Below, piece by piece: positions 13,249-27,600 of a stretch of DNA of 64,000 bases. The stretch's first letter is position 1. The number at the start of each line of letters is the position of its first letter. The notes below the pieces were generated by a model. It searched no databases and had not been told where the DNA came from. It saw only the letters and a program-made list of their open reading frames with translations. The DNA is from Chrysomallon squamiferum (lineage: Eukaryota; Animalia; Mollusca). A program made the translations under genes and the position numbers. Location: the NCBI GenBank assembly GCA_012295275.1, contig CM022673.1:23064001-23128000 (forward strand), written 5' to 3'.

Positions 13249-14487
13249 ATATGCCTAAAAATAAAAAACTGAATTCTTTCTACTGCTTCCTTCACTAAAA
13301 ACAATTAATAATATCAATAATAAACAAACGATTAAAATATGCTTGCTAATAGTTAATTTTATTATTTTAAATTTTTTAAATTTTAATTTAGATATTATAA
13401 TTATTTTCGCCAAAGGTTTTTTTATTATATGAATCACAAAGAACGATAACTCAATTTTAAACTTCATGTTTTGACATTAACTGAAAATTATTTATATACA
13501 GGGAACAAATCAACATTTATAACTACAGCATATTATTTTAACTCAGTCATTAGTCAGTCATTAGAAACTTAACTGATATCGCCATAAGATATTTTGAACT
13601 TATTATATACTGATCAGTTATTTTTCTTGTAGTAGTAATAAAGTAATAAGAAAAATATATTCTATACGAATTAATGCAATACAATAAAGTTAGTAAGACG
13701 ATAAGAAAATAATTTTCCACATTAGGAATTTCAAACAATAACCATTAATTTAAGGACAATTCATTCTTCCATTACATCTGAAATAACAAAAGTGACAAAG
13801 TATGCTTTCTTTTTCCGTACAACAGTCTGGATTTTAATCATATATATCATACTGTACTATGATATTTTATCGTCCAAGATGATTATTTCATTACAGTTCA
13901 TTATCATATGTTTGTAAAATTATTTAGGAATTCAACACGGAATTTTTCATTTCGCGATTAAATAATATAAGAAAGTTTAAACCATACAAATTACATGCAG
14001 TGGAATAGCACTGTTAAGCCATAACAGTATAACAGCTTTAGTGTTTAAACACGATAGGAAGGGCTTATTTGTCATGACATAATTATTTCAACTGTCAATC
14101 ATAAAATTATCTGACAAGAGTTGTTTCCCTTCGTGTTTCTATAATCTTGGTAACAGTATATAATTTATTACACTAACATTTTAATATTCAGCAAGTTGGA
14201 AGAAAATGTAATATCTGCGTTGTTCTCAGTGGTTTGGATGTGCAATTTTTGCTGGCAGCTGCTATCAATAACATTTTTAAAATATAGTTTCTTATTATTT
14301 GTTTTTTTTACTAACAAGAATAATGGATGAAACAGAAAATCTGAAAAGATCACGAGTGACACATATTACTATTAAAATTAAAGAAACTGATTTAAATAAA
14401 TACATACTTTCATGTTAATATTTTGGTAATGGTCTTTTATATTTTTCTTTTATTTTATTTTTTTTTTTTTATATTTTTCTTTTTATT

Positions 14488-14518
<31 letters not shown>

Positions 14519-15045
14519 GTACAAATTATGTAATGTTGATTACTATTGATTATTCTAATAAATCACTGTAATTTTTGTTTCTTGTTTTTGTTTATTCATA
14601 TTTTCCCCCATAAAAATAGTCCATGTCCCATGTGAGATTTCTGTGTTTGCAGTCTACTCATTTAGATTTTAAGTCAAGAGATGGAGTTTATTGAAGATCC
14701 TTCAGTCACATCCATATAATTTATCATCTAGGCTTATTGGATCGCTAGTATAAAATTCAAAATAAATTTGTTTAACAATCCGTCCTTCATCTGCCAGTTC
14801 CCCTTTTGGCAAGGTGAGAATAAAATACTCTGATCTTGCAAGAAGTCTATATTGAACAGCGAAATAAACCTACATAGACTGGTCCCACAGTTAACAAGTT
14901 TCAAGTTAATTCATAACAGAGCAAGGTGAAGTCTATGGAGTTATAATATTTCCATCATAAATTTGAACGGAAAAAAACAAACAAAAAAAACTAACCACCT
15001 CCCCCCCCACAAAACAACAACAACACCAAGACAAACAAAGAATCA

Positions 15046-15117
<72 letters not shown>

Positions 15118-15231
15118 CTACTTGACTGTTTTACTACTTTAATATGTCTGCGTGCGTATTTATTTATGTTGTAAATGTTTTCATTAGCTGCGTTTGTTTT
15201 ACGTTCATATATCTCCAGAGTTTTCGTCCAT

Positions 15232-16080
<849 letters not shown>

Positions 16081-16688
16081 ATTCACATTAGCTCTGTGAA
16101 TATATGGATTTATTTTCAACGCGAGTGTCATAATTATTTTATTCATTTATTTATTTATTTATTTATTTACATGGCTGTTTACACATAAACAAAAGTAACT
16201 GTCAGCATATCACGGATGATAAAGTGGCCGGAGTCCAAATTGTTTTTTTCTATTTTTTTTTTTTTTTTTTTTTTTTCATTATTAATCTTCTGCTTAAATT
16301 TTTTTCGCGCTCGCCTGCCTAGTAAAAGGCCACGATATATATTATACTAACTCACTGACCACGGACACACATACATACAAGCATACAAAGATAATATATA
16401 ACATTATTTTGTCAAGAAAAAAAAGCCGTCGAGTAAATAGGACACATCTTTTTAGAGAGAGATGAAAGATTTTTTTATTTTTTATGGTCCACTGATGTTT
16501 AAACTGTCGAATACCATGGAGACAACCTTTTGTATGTGACAACGACGCAGAAACTTTTCGGTGTCAGGGGTCAAAGTTCGCAGTCGTCCCATGCCGAACC
16601 AGACACAAGTGGGAACAATTACAAGCAGCTGATAAACCCGATTAAAGTTATTTTTCACTTGACTTATAAAACCTCTGCAGACGACATC

Positions 16689-16739
16689 ATGTCAACAACA
16701 CATGCAGACGAAGAGGAAGTTTTGGATCCGAGAATTCAG
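16689..16739 (+). CDS. SH3BP5: SH3BP5 exon 1
   Basis: MSTTHADEEEVLDPRIQ, donor CAG|gtagaa. Confidence 0.85.
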
Positions 16740-17183
16740 GTAGAACAATGTATTTGTTTATTTTATTTTTTTTACCTTTATTACGTGAAGAAAATTATTA
16801 TTTTAAAAAACCCAACAAAAACCCACATCAAAACGCAGAGTGAGATTTCGAAATGAGATACAGATAAAGAGAATACGCCCCCTGTTTGTGGGCACATTAC
16901 TGTAGTCTCTTTGTTTAACTGACACAGCTTACTGTGCAGCATAAGATGGCTTTTTAGGCGTTGTCATGAAATGTTTGATCATAACAAAAAAAAAACTTTA
17001 CCTGTGTGGTCTGGATCGAAAGAAATTCAGTGAACGGTTCAACAGTGTTGTCATGAACGTTTGTAAAATCGTGACTGGATTTTAAAACGATATTTCTGCC
17101 GCTAAATTTTGTATTAATAACTACACAGGTGCTGTAATTTAACGTTATATTGTCGCATTTTCTTTTCCTTGTGTTTATGTACA

Positions 17184-17267
<84 letters not shown>

Positions 17268-17479
17268 GTGTAAATACATATATTTTATTTCTTTTTCTGT
17301 GGAGTTTTTCTGTTTCCTTAGTTTTATGATAGACGTACAGCTGTGATAAATGCAGGGGCTGATTTAGGAAACCAGGAAAGGGTGGAGGCATGCACTGTAA
17401 CTTTCAAGATGAAATCAGTTTGTTATTAAAATAAATAAATTATATGTGATCGGTGCAGAGGCACCGCATGGGCACACTA

Positions 17480-17542
<63 letters not shown>

Positions 17543-17968
17543 TTTAATAATAATAATAAATTTAAAAAATTTAAAAATTCAATAATTAAATAGGTACGTT
17601 CCATTGCAGGCGTTGTATATAATTTTTCTTCAGTTAATTTTTAATCTCTTATTCCATTTTAAAATAATAATTACGTAAATACAAAGCTCAACAATATGAA
17701 GGAAAATTTGCCTCACCTAAAGAAGGATGTAAATAATAATGATTTTGAAATATTTCAATAAAGACTTATTATGTGAACCAGGAAGATAGTTTACACGAAT
17801 TCGTAACACGGAAGAAAATATATTTAGATTGTAGAAGATTATAATACGTAAATAATTCGGAGTAAAAATAATACGTAAATAATTCAGAGTAAAAATTTGT
17901 GTGCCTAGTCTTTTTGATTTATTTACTTTAACTTTTTAAATATTGAATAAAAAGAGAGACACATTTAA

Positions 17969-18050
<82 letters not shown>

Positions 18051-19917
18051 ATAGTAGCTGTAGTAGTAGTGGTAATGCTAATAGTTTTATTAGTAGTTCT
18101 AGTAGTAACAGTAGTGCTTAGTGGTAGGGTTGAAGTGGTCTGGTGATGGTAGCAGTATAGTTATAGATGTTGTTGTTGTTGTTGTTGTTATTGCTGTGTT
18201 GTATATTTTTGTAAAAAAAAAAATAAATAAATAAAAAAGGAAGAAAAACGTCTATAATCTATATAAAAAGCTGACCAATAATAGGCATAATGGATTCTGT
18301 CCTACTTTTATTAGATATATCTACCAACCGTGTTTCAAAAAAACGTGGGTAGACCTATGATTAATAACAGGTATGTGAACCGGTGGAATTTTTGCAGTGA
18401 ACGGATAATTAAACACATGCTGGGACTCACTAAACCAACTTTTTCGTTTATCAGTCTACAAATAAAGAAAACCAATACAGTCCTGATTTCTCAGCTCTTT
18501 GTCCTCTTTTGACGAATTTGTAGCAGCTTGTATTGACCAGTACTTTGTGACTTTCTCTCAAACTCTTTACAGATGTAAATTCAATATATAAGGTAAATTT
18601 GAATAGAAACGAGGTTCACTGAATGTTAAAATAGACTAGGATAAATAATATAGACCTCTGACAATATTCGGGTTTTGTTTGCGCAAGAACAACAACAACA
18701 ACAATAATAACGTAGCAACTTATCATCTATCTTTATAAAAAGAAAAAAAAAAATTGTTTGTTTATGGGATTTGCATGACGGAGAAAAATACTGCAAAGAA
18801 TATTTGATGTGGGCGGACAGCAAGAAAATGTGCTTCTACTTACTGTAGTAAAATATAGAAACACGGACACCAAAAAAATATAAACACGTTTTTGTTCTGT
18901 ATACATAGTCGTGAAACAGTGAGGTATTTAAATGCAGACAGGGGAAAAGATTTACGAAATAAGCGACTCCATCTGATCTAGTTTAGTAAGACTTTGAATA
19001 TAAACAGAGATTTGTCTTTGTCAGCTTTCACTGTTCTGCTCTGAACAAATGAATCGTGAGTAGCTAAAGATACGTTCTCGCAGTGAAACATTCCCTACGT
19101 AATTCATTATGCTGTAAACAGAGGATCATGCTGCTAAAAACCGGTTCTCACGGTGTAACTTTTAGTGACAGGCTATAAATTAAAAACAAAATCATACAGC
19201 CAAACACCGGTTTACACCATGCAAATTTCAATGACATGATGCTGCTGTAAACAATATAGCTGCATTATTTAATATGTTCAACTGTGCAACTTTCTGTAGC
19301 AGTAAGATTTTGCTTCAAAAAGCCACGAATACCTAAAGAAAGTTTACACTATGCAGCTCTCATTAATAGTAAATCTTAAATTAAAAATACCTAACTTCTT
19401 CTTTCTTTCATTTTCTTTTCTCGGCAAAATAAATAAAATTATATACCGGCATTTTTGTCATGCTACACCCATCTTATGCGCGCATGGCTATTTTACTGAC
19501 TAAATCACATATGACAATATTTTCCACACTGAAACGTAAGTCATTATACCTTTATTATAATGGTAAATAATATTACAACATCCGCGGGTTTCGTATCCAG
19601 TCTCCCAAGTGATTATCAATGTAAAAATTAGAAGTTATTCAACACGACATATTTCTAATTACCGCAGCAATCTCTCTGATAAGAATCGCTGCAAGAGACT
19701 GCTTGAGAGCAAACGCAATCATTTTTTTGAATAGTCGGTTAAGTATTATTTGTTTTACTGCCTCGTGAATCTTGTGTAATGTCATGCAATACTTTGTTGT
19801 TGACCAAGAGTTATAAAGTAATATCATATAGATCGACATCTGTGAAACTGTTTATTGAAAACTCGAGGGGTAATTTAGTTATATATTTTACATATAAGAT
19901 TTATATTGCCTTAATAA

Positions 19918-19973
<56 letters not shown>

Positions 19974-22900
19974 ATTAGCTGTAGAAGTCGTTCTTTGTTC
20001 AAGAAATATCAGAGAATCCAGGAGTTCTTGAATACATTTAGACATATGTACTGAGAAATAGATACACAGATATGCCATAAACTTTATAGATAGATAGACA
20101 GACATATAAATAGATGAAAACGTATTTTCATATATGCACACATACAAACATACATACATACATACATACATACATACATACATACATACATACATAAAAA
20201 AAGAAAAATCTATAATTTAGATTTTGTACCATTTTACATTGTATAAATACATCATATTGTCATTAAAAGCTCAGAAATATTTTCTCATTATCCATACTGT
20301 AATTGAATTATTTTTTTTTCTCCCCTATTGCATTCTTTTTATCTTCGCCTAATATCATTTGTTTATAAAAATAAATATATCACAATGACAAGATGGATCT
20401 GAGATAAAGGTTAGTATCTAGCAAAACAAAAGAGATTAAACTACTTGACATTCCGCGATCCCACTTCACTACAATACCTCGTATACGTCATCTGCTTCTC
20501 AATAAGATTGCAATTTCGACTCGAACATTGTCACGGTAATACCGCAGACAATGCTACAAAACGAATATTCGGGTAGCATTATATCGGTTAAACTATGTTC
20601 TGTTGTCATGGTAATAACATGTACAGTGACGTAAAATGCATATTCACAGAGGGCTATCATCAGGTATACGTGAAAAACCTGTAAAGTCACTGGAAATGTG
20701 ATATTTGCCGTTATGTATGTCAGGTCTCAGTTTACCACATGAACTCCTACTGTTGTTTGTTTAGACAGTGTGTAATTATGTCTGCAGTCAGCAGGAAGGC
20801 CTTTAGGTGTCGTGCTGAATAAACACAGTTTTAAATCACCTTGATGTATCGTATATCACACTAAATCTAAAACACTTTTAAACACTGCTTTTATCTTTTT
20901 TCTTCTTTTCTTTAATTCTTTCTGTGATTTTTCTTAGCTTCCTTCTTTACTTTATTCAGATACATATATATTTTAAATGTGTTTATTAGTTATTTTTGAT
21001 ATAGAAGATATTAAAGATAGTAATAATGAAAACAATTTTGTATATTTTTATACGTGTGAGGTTTTGTTCTAAGTTCAAGAATGTGCCTATTCATCTTTTA
21101 TTTTTGTTTTGAAAAACAAATTGTTGAGAGTTGGACTGGGAATATTTTAATGTCTTGTGCAGGCTATTGTAGAACATTCTGTTTGTCATATAATCAAAAC
21201 AGGCTATTTTTGTTTCGCTTGTAAATATGAAATATATTTATGTATGTATGTATGTATGCATTTGTATGTGTATAAATATATACTAATGTGCGTGTGTGTG
21301 CATGTGTGTGTGTGTGAGTGTGTGTGTGTGTGGTGGACTCTGTGTAAACTTGTACATTTCAAAGTCCCATTCAACTATCGTTAATCTATTATGAACAAAA
21401 CCCTGACTAATCCGGATGTGCATTTTCATTTTGTTATTACATATCTGTACTGTAATCCTACAGTTTAGGAGAATAAAGTCATTGTCATTGTCGATTTCGG
21501 ATTTCGGGGGTAAATTCCAGAACAAAAAAAAAACTGCATAGTAATCAGTTTTATCAACATGGGCACACAATTTTGCAAGACAGTATTAGCTAATTAAAGA
21601 AACTGCTGTACAAATCTTATATCTAAATTTTTTTTTTTTTTTAATCCGTGTAACCTATTCGAGAATGTATATATATATGTATTCGTACTTCTTTATCACA
21701 CGATAAGGTCTTTGTCAAGGTGTATACTCCACAAGTATATATGTGTGTCTGTATGTGTGTGTGTGTGCGTATATACATATACATATATATGTGTGTGTGT
21801 GTATACACAAACACACATACATACACACAAACACATAATCCTATATAATCGAATTATTCATTCATTAAGCATTTGACAAAAATTAATCATCATTCTGCGT
21901 TTGCCGTAACGGTATTGTACAGAAATATTCTTTCCCTAAACATTTGACGTAATGATATCGTTATAGAAATATTTATTCATTAAGCATTTGACTTAATGTT
22001 ATAGAAATATTCATTCATTCAGTGTTTGACGTAATGATAGTGTTATAGAAATATTCATTCATTCAGTGTTTGATGTAACAGTTTTGTGTATAAATATTCA
22101 TTCATTAAGCACTGGCATGGAGTTATTATCACAAATATTCATTATTCAGTGCTTAATATGACGGTTATATTCAACGTACGTCTATTCAGCGTTTGGCGTA
22201 ATGCCATTGTAGATTATTATCAAACAAATATATATCCATTTAGCGTTTGACATCACCTCGTTACTATAGAGACATTCATTCATTGTTTAACGTAACGGTT
22301 ATGTTATAGAAAAATTTATTCATTAAGCATACGGAATGGAGTTATTATCATATTATCCATTCAGAGTTTGACGTAATGCTACTGTTAATAGAAATAATCA
22401 TTCATTCAGTGTTTATCGTAACGTATTATTTTACAAATAAGCACCCGTTGAGCGTTTGACGTAATATTGTTTCAGCAAGTTTTTGAAATTTCGCTATTAT
22501 TATATAAATATTTAGTGTTTGTTATTGAAATATTCTTTCACTAATCATCTTACACAAGGTACTCTTTTAGAAATGTACATTTTTTTTTTAATTTCTATTT
22601 TATTTAATTAATTCTTTTATTTTTTTTCTGCTTCTTTTTTATTTTTTTCGTTTTTTTTTTTCCTCTTTTTTTAAAAATTTTGTCTTACTTATTGCAGTAT
22701 ATTTCAGATGTAGTATGTATAATATGAATTTTGTTCTACTGATTACACGCATGAAGATTTACGTTCCCAGTGAACGGAGTTTAAACTGTTACCAATGCCA
22801 TGACGAAAACAAATAATAAAGTTAACGTCTTGGTAAACTGTACTTGATACTGAACCTGTTACTCATATGCGTATCTCACGGCCATCTGAACAAGAGACTG

Positions 22901-24574
22901 AAATAATAGGTAGACGTCTTAATTTGACACTTTTATAACTTGAAGGATGAAGCTGGTACATGCAGTGGGCAGCAAGCCAGGCAATAATGTGGCAAAGGTT
23001 TGATGTATTGGTTCAAGATATATGTGTAGCTTGGAAGCGGATAGTTTGCAGGTTCTAATTTCTTTAGTGGAATGTTCATCTTTAACTAGTCGTCGCTTAG
23101 ATATATATATATAATAAATGACGATGAAAAAGCAAAGAAGAAGGAGGAGAAAGAGAAAGATAAAAGTACAAGAAAAAAATCCATGTGACAATAAATTGAA
23201 AAGAAAGAAAAGAACAAGAAATAAAGGTAGAACAAATAAAAGAGAGTACCCTGGATTAACAACAAAGGATCTGTCCTATGCATATTCGCATAGCCAAAAA
23301 CCCAACAACATTAGAATATTTTAGCTACAACGAGGTATGGTACCTAGGATACATCAATAAAGATTGATCCTGCAATTGTTTTGGCTAAGGCTAACAACAT
23401 CTCAGTATTAGAACAGTAGAGAAATAGGTTAATTCTGAACAAGTTGACTTCGCAGTGTCTGGTTACTGTGCGGAAATCCGTCGACTACTTATACTCTACA
23501 AAATAAGAAATTAATTAGTTAACGTAATAAGAGAGGAAAGGAAGTGCGTACTTATAAATAAATAAATAAATAAGTAAATATTATATAGTATACAAATGTG
23601 TGGGTTTTTTTTCCAAAAAGTGAAATTCATTTTATATTGAAACCTTTCTGCACCTCAATGATGTTGTCATCCTTTATTTTATTTTATTTTATTTTATTTT
23701 ATTTTATTTTATTTTATTGTATTTTATTGTATTTTATTTCATTTCATTTTCTTTTTTATTTTATTTTTTTTTTTTTTTTAGAAATGTATTTGTAAAACAT
23801 AGTGCCAATATATCTTATTAATTTGATTTTGTAATAGCACACAACACACACACACACACATACATACACACACACACAAATATGAAACAAGGTGACACAA
23901 ACACATACATATATATAACAATTCAATGAAAATTCAACATCCATCCCTTGATGATAATTAAGATTAAATATTATTTTTTTTTATTATTTCAGAAAGAGCT
24001 GGATAATTTAAACCAGTACAGCAGTGAAATTAATCGACTAGAAAATGAAATTGATGTAAGTACATTATTATTATCAGTAGTAACAGTACAAATAATACTA
24101 GCCTAGTAGTAGCAGTAGCTGTAGTATAGTAGTAGTAACAGTAGTAGTAGTTGTTGTAGTAGTAGTAGTAGTAGTAGTTGTTGTTGTTGTTGTTGTTGTT
24201 GTTGCTGTAATAATAGTAGCATTGTTATTTTTAATTATTATACAGATATGAAAGATTATATTTTTATTTTTCATATGAGTGTGTGTCTATTTGCCTATGT
24301 CTGTGTTAAAGCATTATGCTTAATGGTGTAAATAAATATTTTGTATGAGGACTGTAGTGGGTGAAGCGTTCAGATGCAATATCACAAAAGTGTGATACGG
24401 CCGAATACACATATGCAGAACAGGTTAGCATCCAAAGCTGTTGACACTGTTCATTCGATCTAGTCATTTCTGGTGATGATAGGTAAATATTATTTCCAGA
24501 AAGGAAGAGAGATGCTTTTGGGTTATTTTCCTAGAAATGGACAAATTGGAAATATTATGTCTTTATATACATGT

Positions 24575-24659
<85 letters not shown>

Positions 24660-27600
24660 TGTGTACAAACACATATTAAGTGTCGTTGCCGTCATGAAAT
24701 GAGCATTAAAAATATGCGATGAAACAATAGAGGACTATCAAAACCATTAAACACATTATTTATTCATCTTGTACGTTTTATTTAAAAAGTATCTGTATCA
24801 GGCCTGCATAAACTTAAACATAAATAAATACATACATACATACATACATACATACATACATACATACATACATACATACATACATACATGCATATACATA
24901 CATACATACATACATACATGCATGCATGCATACGTACATACATACTTACATACATATATATATTGTGGACACAGACTTCAACAAACTTTTCATTAGTTTA
25001 TGGCAGCAGCGTCTCTTGTTAAGTCCTCGTAAGTAAAAATAATTTTTTTGTTTTTTTTGTTTATGTTTTATTAATCAAATAACCGAATATAAACTCCATT
25101 TTTTTACAATCATTTATCCAAAATAAGTATAGTATTGTTGTCGGGTTTTTTGTACTGTTGTTAGTAAGTCAGTAAGATTGTTTGATGATCCATCATGTAA
25201 TAATCATAAAACAAATTGATGGCAAAAAATAACCACAGTAAAGACACTGTAAGTGAACATAACTTCTTTTGTCAGTGCTTTAATTATATACATATGTCTT
25301 AGATTGGCAAAATCTGGTGAGTATCTGTGACAAAAGCATATTTCGATTTTCTAGTATAAATTTAGCGTTTTCTGGAGAATGACCTTTTTATCGAAGTGTT
25401 TGTTATCTCTTTTCTGGTAAGAATATTAGTTACTGAACAAAATGTATATAACTCTTGTATATGTTTTCAAAACACTGACATTTATCGCTAATGTCTTTAT
25501 TTGTCTAATATTATAGCATACTGATTATACTGTAAATATAACCGTAGTTAGCAAAACGTAGGTCATGTATTCTGAATTAAATGAAGTTATATATTCAACA
25601 ATGTTTATCAGTCTCTGTATCACTTATTCCAAGTTAAACAAAACTGTGTGGAGGGTGAATTAATGTTAAACTTGTGTTTCACAGGAGGCGCGTTCACAGT
25701 ATCGCTCTACGTTTGCCGAGTCCTCCAAGAGCATGGAACAGATGGGTCGAAAGATAAAGAAGCAGATTCAACGAGCCAGACAGTATTACGAGATCAAAGA
25801 GGCCGCTGTAACGGTACGTTACCGTATCTAGATAGAATCGTAACTGAGTTCTTAATGACCTTCAGAACCAGTAACTGACGTCGTAACGAAACTCACACTG
25901 CCATTGAAGAGGATAATTTGATACGTAACGTTACACAAAGCCGAACAGATTATTTCACACCAAGTAATAGTGTGGAGTAAGATTACATCGCGATTCTTAG
26001 ATAAACTGATGGTAATAATATTAGTAATGCAGTAACACAGCCAAATTACCAGTGTGTTGTCATCGACATCATAAGATTAGGACTTCAGATGTGAAATGTA
26101 AATACACTTTACGTTACCAAAGCAGTTATTATGCCATATCCTTCCTCAGTTTCTTCCCATTCCAATCAGTATCTTCAACCGCTTTATTAATGTTTTTCTC
26201 TCTAAAAAGAGTCCTTGCTGCTACTCGGAAGGAGTAACCTTTGATTGACTCCAGCGGGTTTCTTCTTTTATTGTTGTATAAAAATCGTGTGAATGATATC
26301 TGTTAATACTATAAAAGTACGGCAGTTTGTTTAAACTGATATTCAATCTTTCATTCATGCTTTTATTCATCGGTCCATCCACTTAGAGAAAGATAATTGT
26401 TTTAAGTCACCATTATGTTTAAAGTCATAGAACCTTTAATTTTGGTTTCCTTAAATAGATATAAAAAGTTATATGTAATGACTGTTTTATATAAATAGAC
26501 AAACAAACAAATCTGTTTTAACCTAGAGTTAATAAAACAAAAATAATAAAAATAAATTTCATACAGATTATAATTTAAAGATTATAAATTACCGTAGCAA
26601 AATGTATTTGAATTCAGTTCATTTTTAAAAGAAGGTAATGTTCATTGTCGTTATTGAATATGTTAAAACAAACCAGCAGCAAAAACAACGTCTTTCCATT
26701 CCTATCAAAATTAAGAAAGATAAGGATCAACAACAAGAAAAATGTCAGCAACAATTTTCGTTTTTAAATTACATTTTGCTTATAACCTTTAACAGTAACT
26801 AGAAAGATATATGTGGGTTATCCTTTTGGTATGCTTTATTCAAGTAGTAGCGGTATACTTAGGATAATTAACATATTGAAAACAATTATGTAAATGATGA
26901 TATGTTTCAGCTGAAATAACGTATAATTTGAACTAAAGCTTAAATAACAGTTTCTTTCTTATATTCAGACTACTGATTAATTAATTAATTTCATTTATTT
27001 TTTAATTACAGGCACAAAGCGAAGTTCTTCGATCTGCAAGACAGTTTCAGACTGCCACTGGTATTTACAGGGCTGCTAAAGAAACAATTGCATTGGCTGA
27101 AGAAAAACTGATTGACAGCCAAGGCAACCAGTCATCAGCAGCCATGCTAACAACAGCATGGCAGGAAATGTTAAACCACGCCTACATTCGAGTTAGTATT
27201 ATAATTTCTTTTCTTTTTTTTTTCTTTTTTTATGGAACACAGAGTAAAAAAAAAAAAGAGAGGGAGAGAAAAAAAAATCATCTTATATATAAGTAATAAA
27301 AAACACGTGTGTGTTGTAAAGTATTTATTCAAAAGTTGAGAATAATACCTAACGTTAATTACATTCTCTAGCGAATGATCTGTCAATACTGTTACGTGTT
27401 TTTGAAAAGCACAAACGTATGGAAATTAGAAGAAAAAAATGACAAAAAACGAAAAACATAAAATTAAATTAAAAAATAAAAAAGAGTTAAAAATAATTAG
27501 AAAAAAATGAAACTAAAAGAAAAAGAAATGCCAAGTAATTATCCAACTCATTAACTATTATCGTTTATCAGTTTTTTAAAGACAGATTGTGTCTCGCTGC

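Noticed and set aside
19582-19606. tRNA B-box-like fragment on the minus strand (SINE or tRNA)
   Set aside because: No A box or cloverleaf; too short to support
21850-22540. CRISPR-like look (conserved block plus variable block)
   Set aside because: Eukaryotic intron, no cas genes, repeats not identical, and the 'spacers' are short and related to each other; it is a minisatellite
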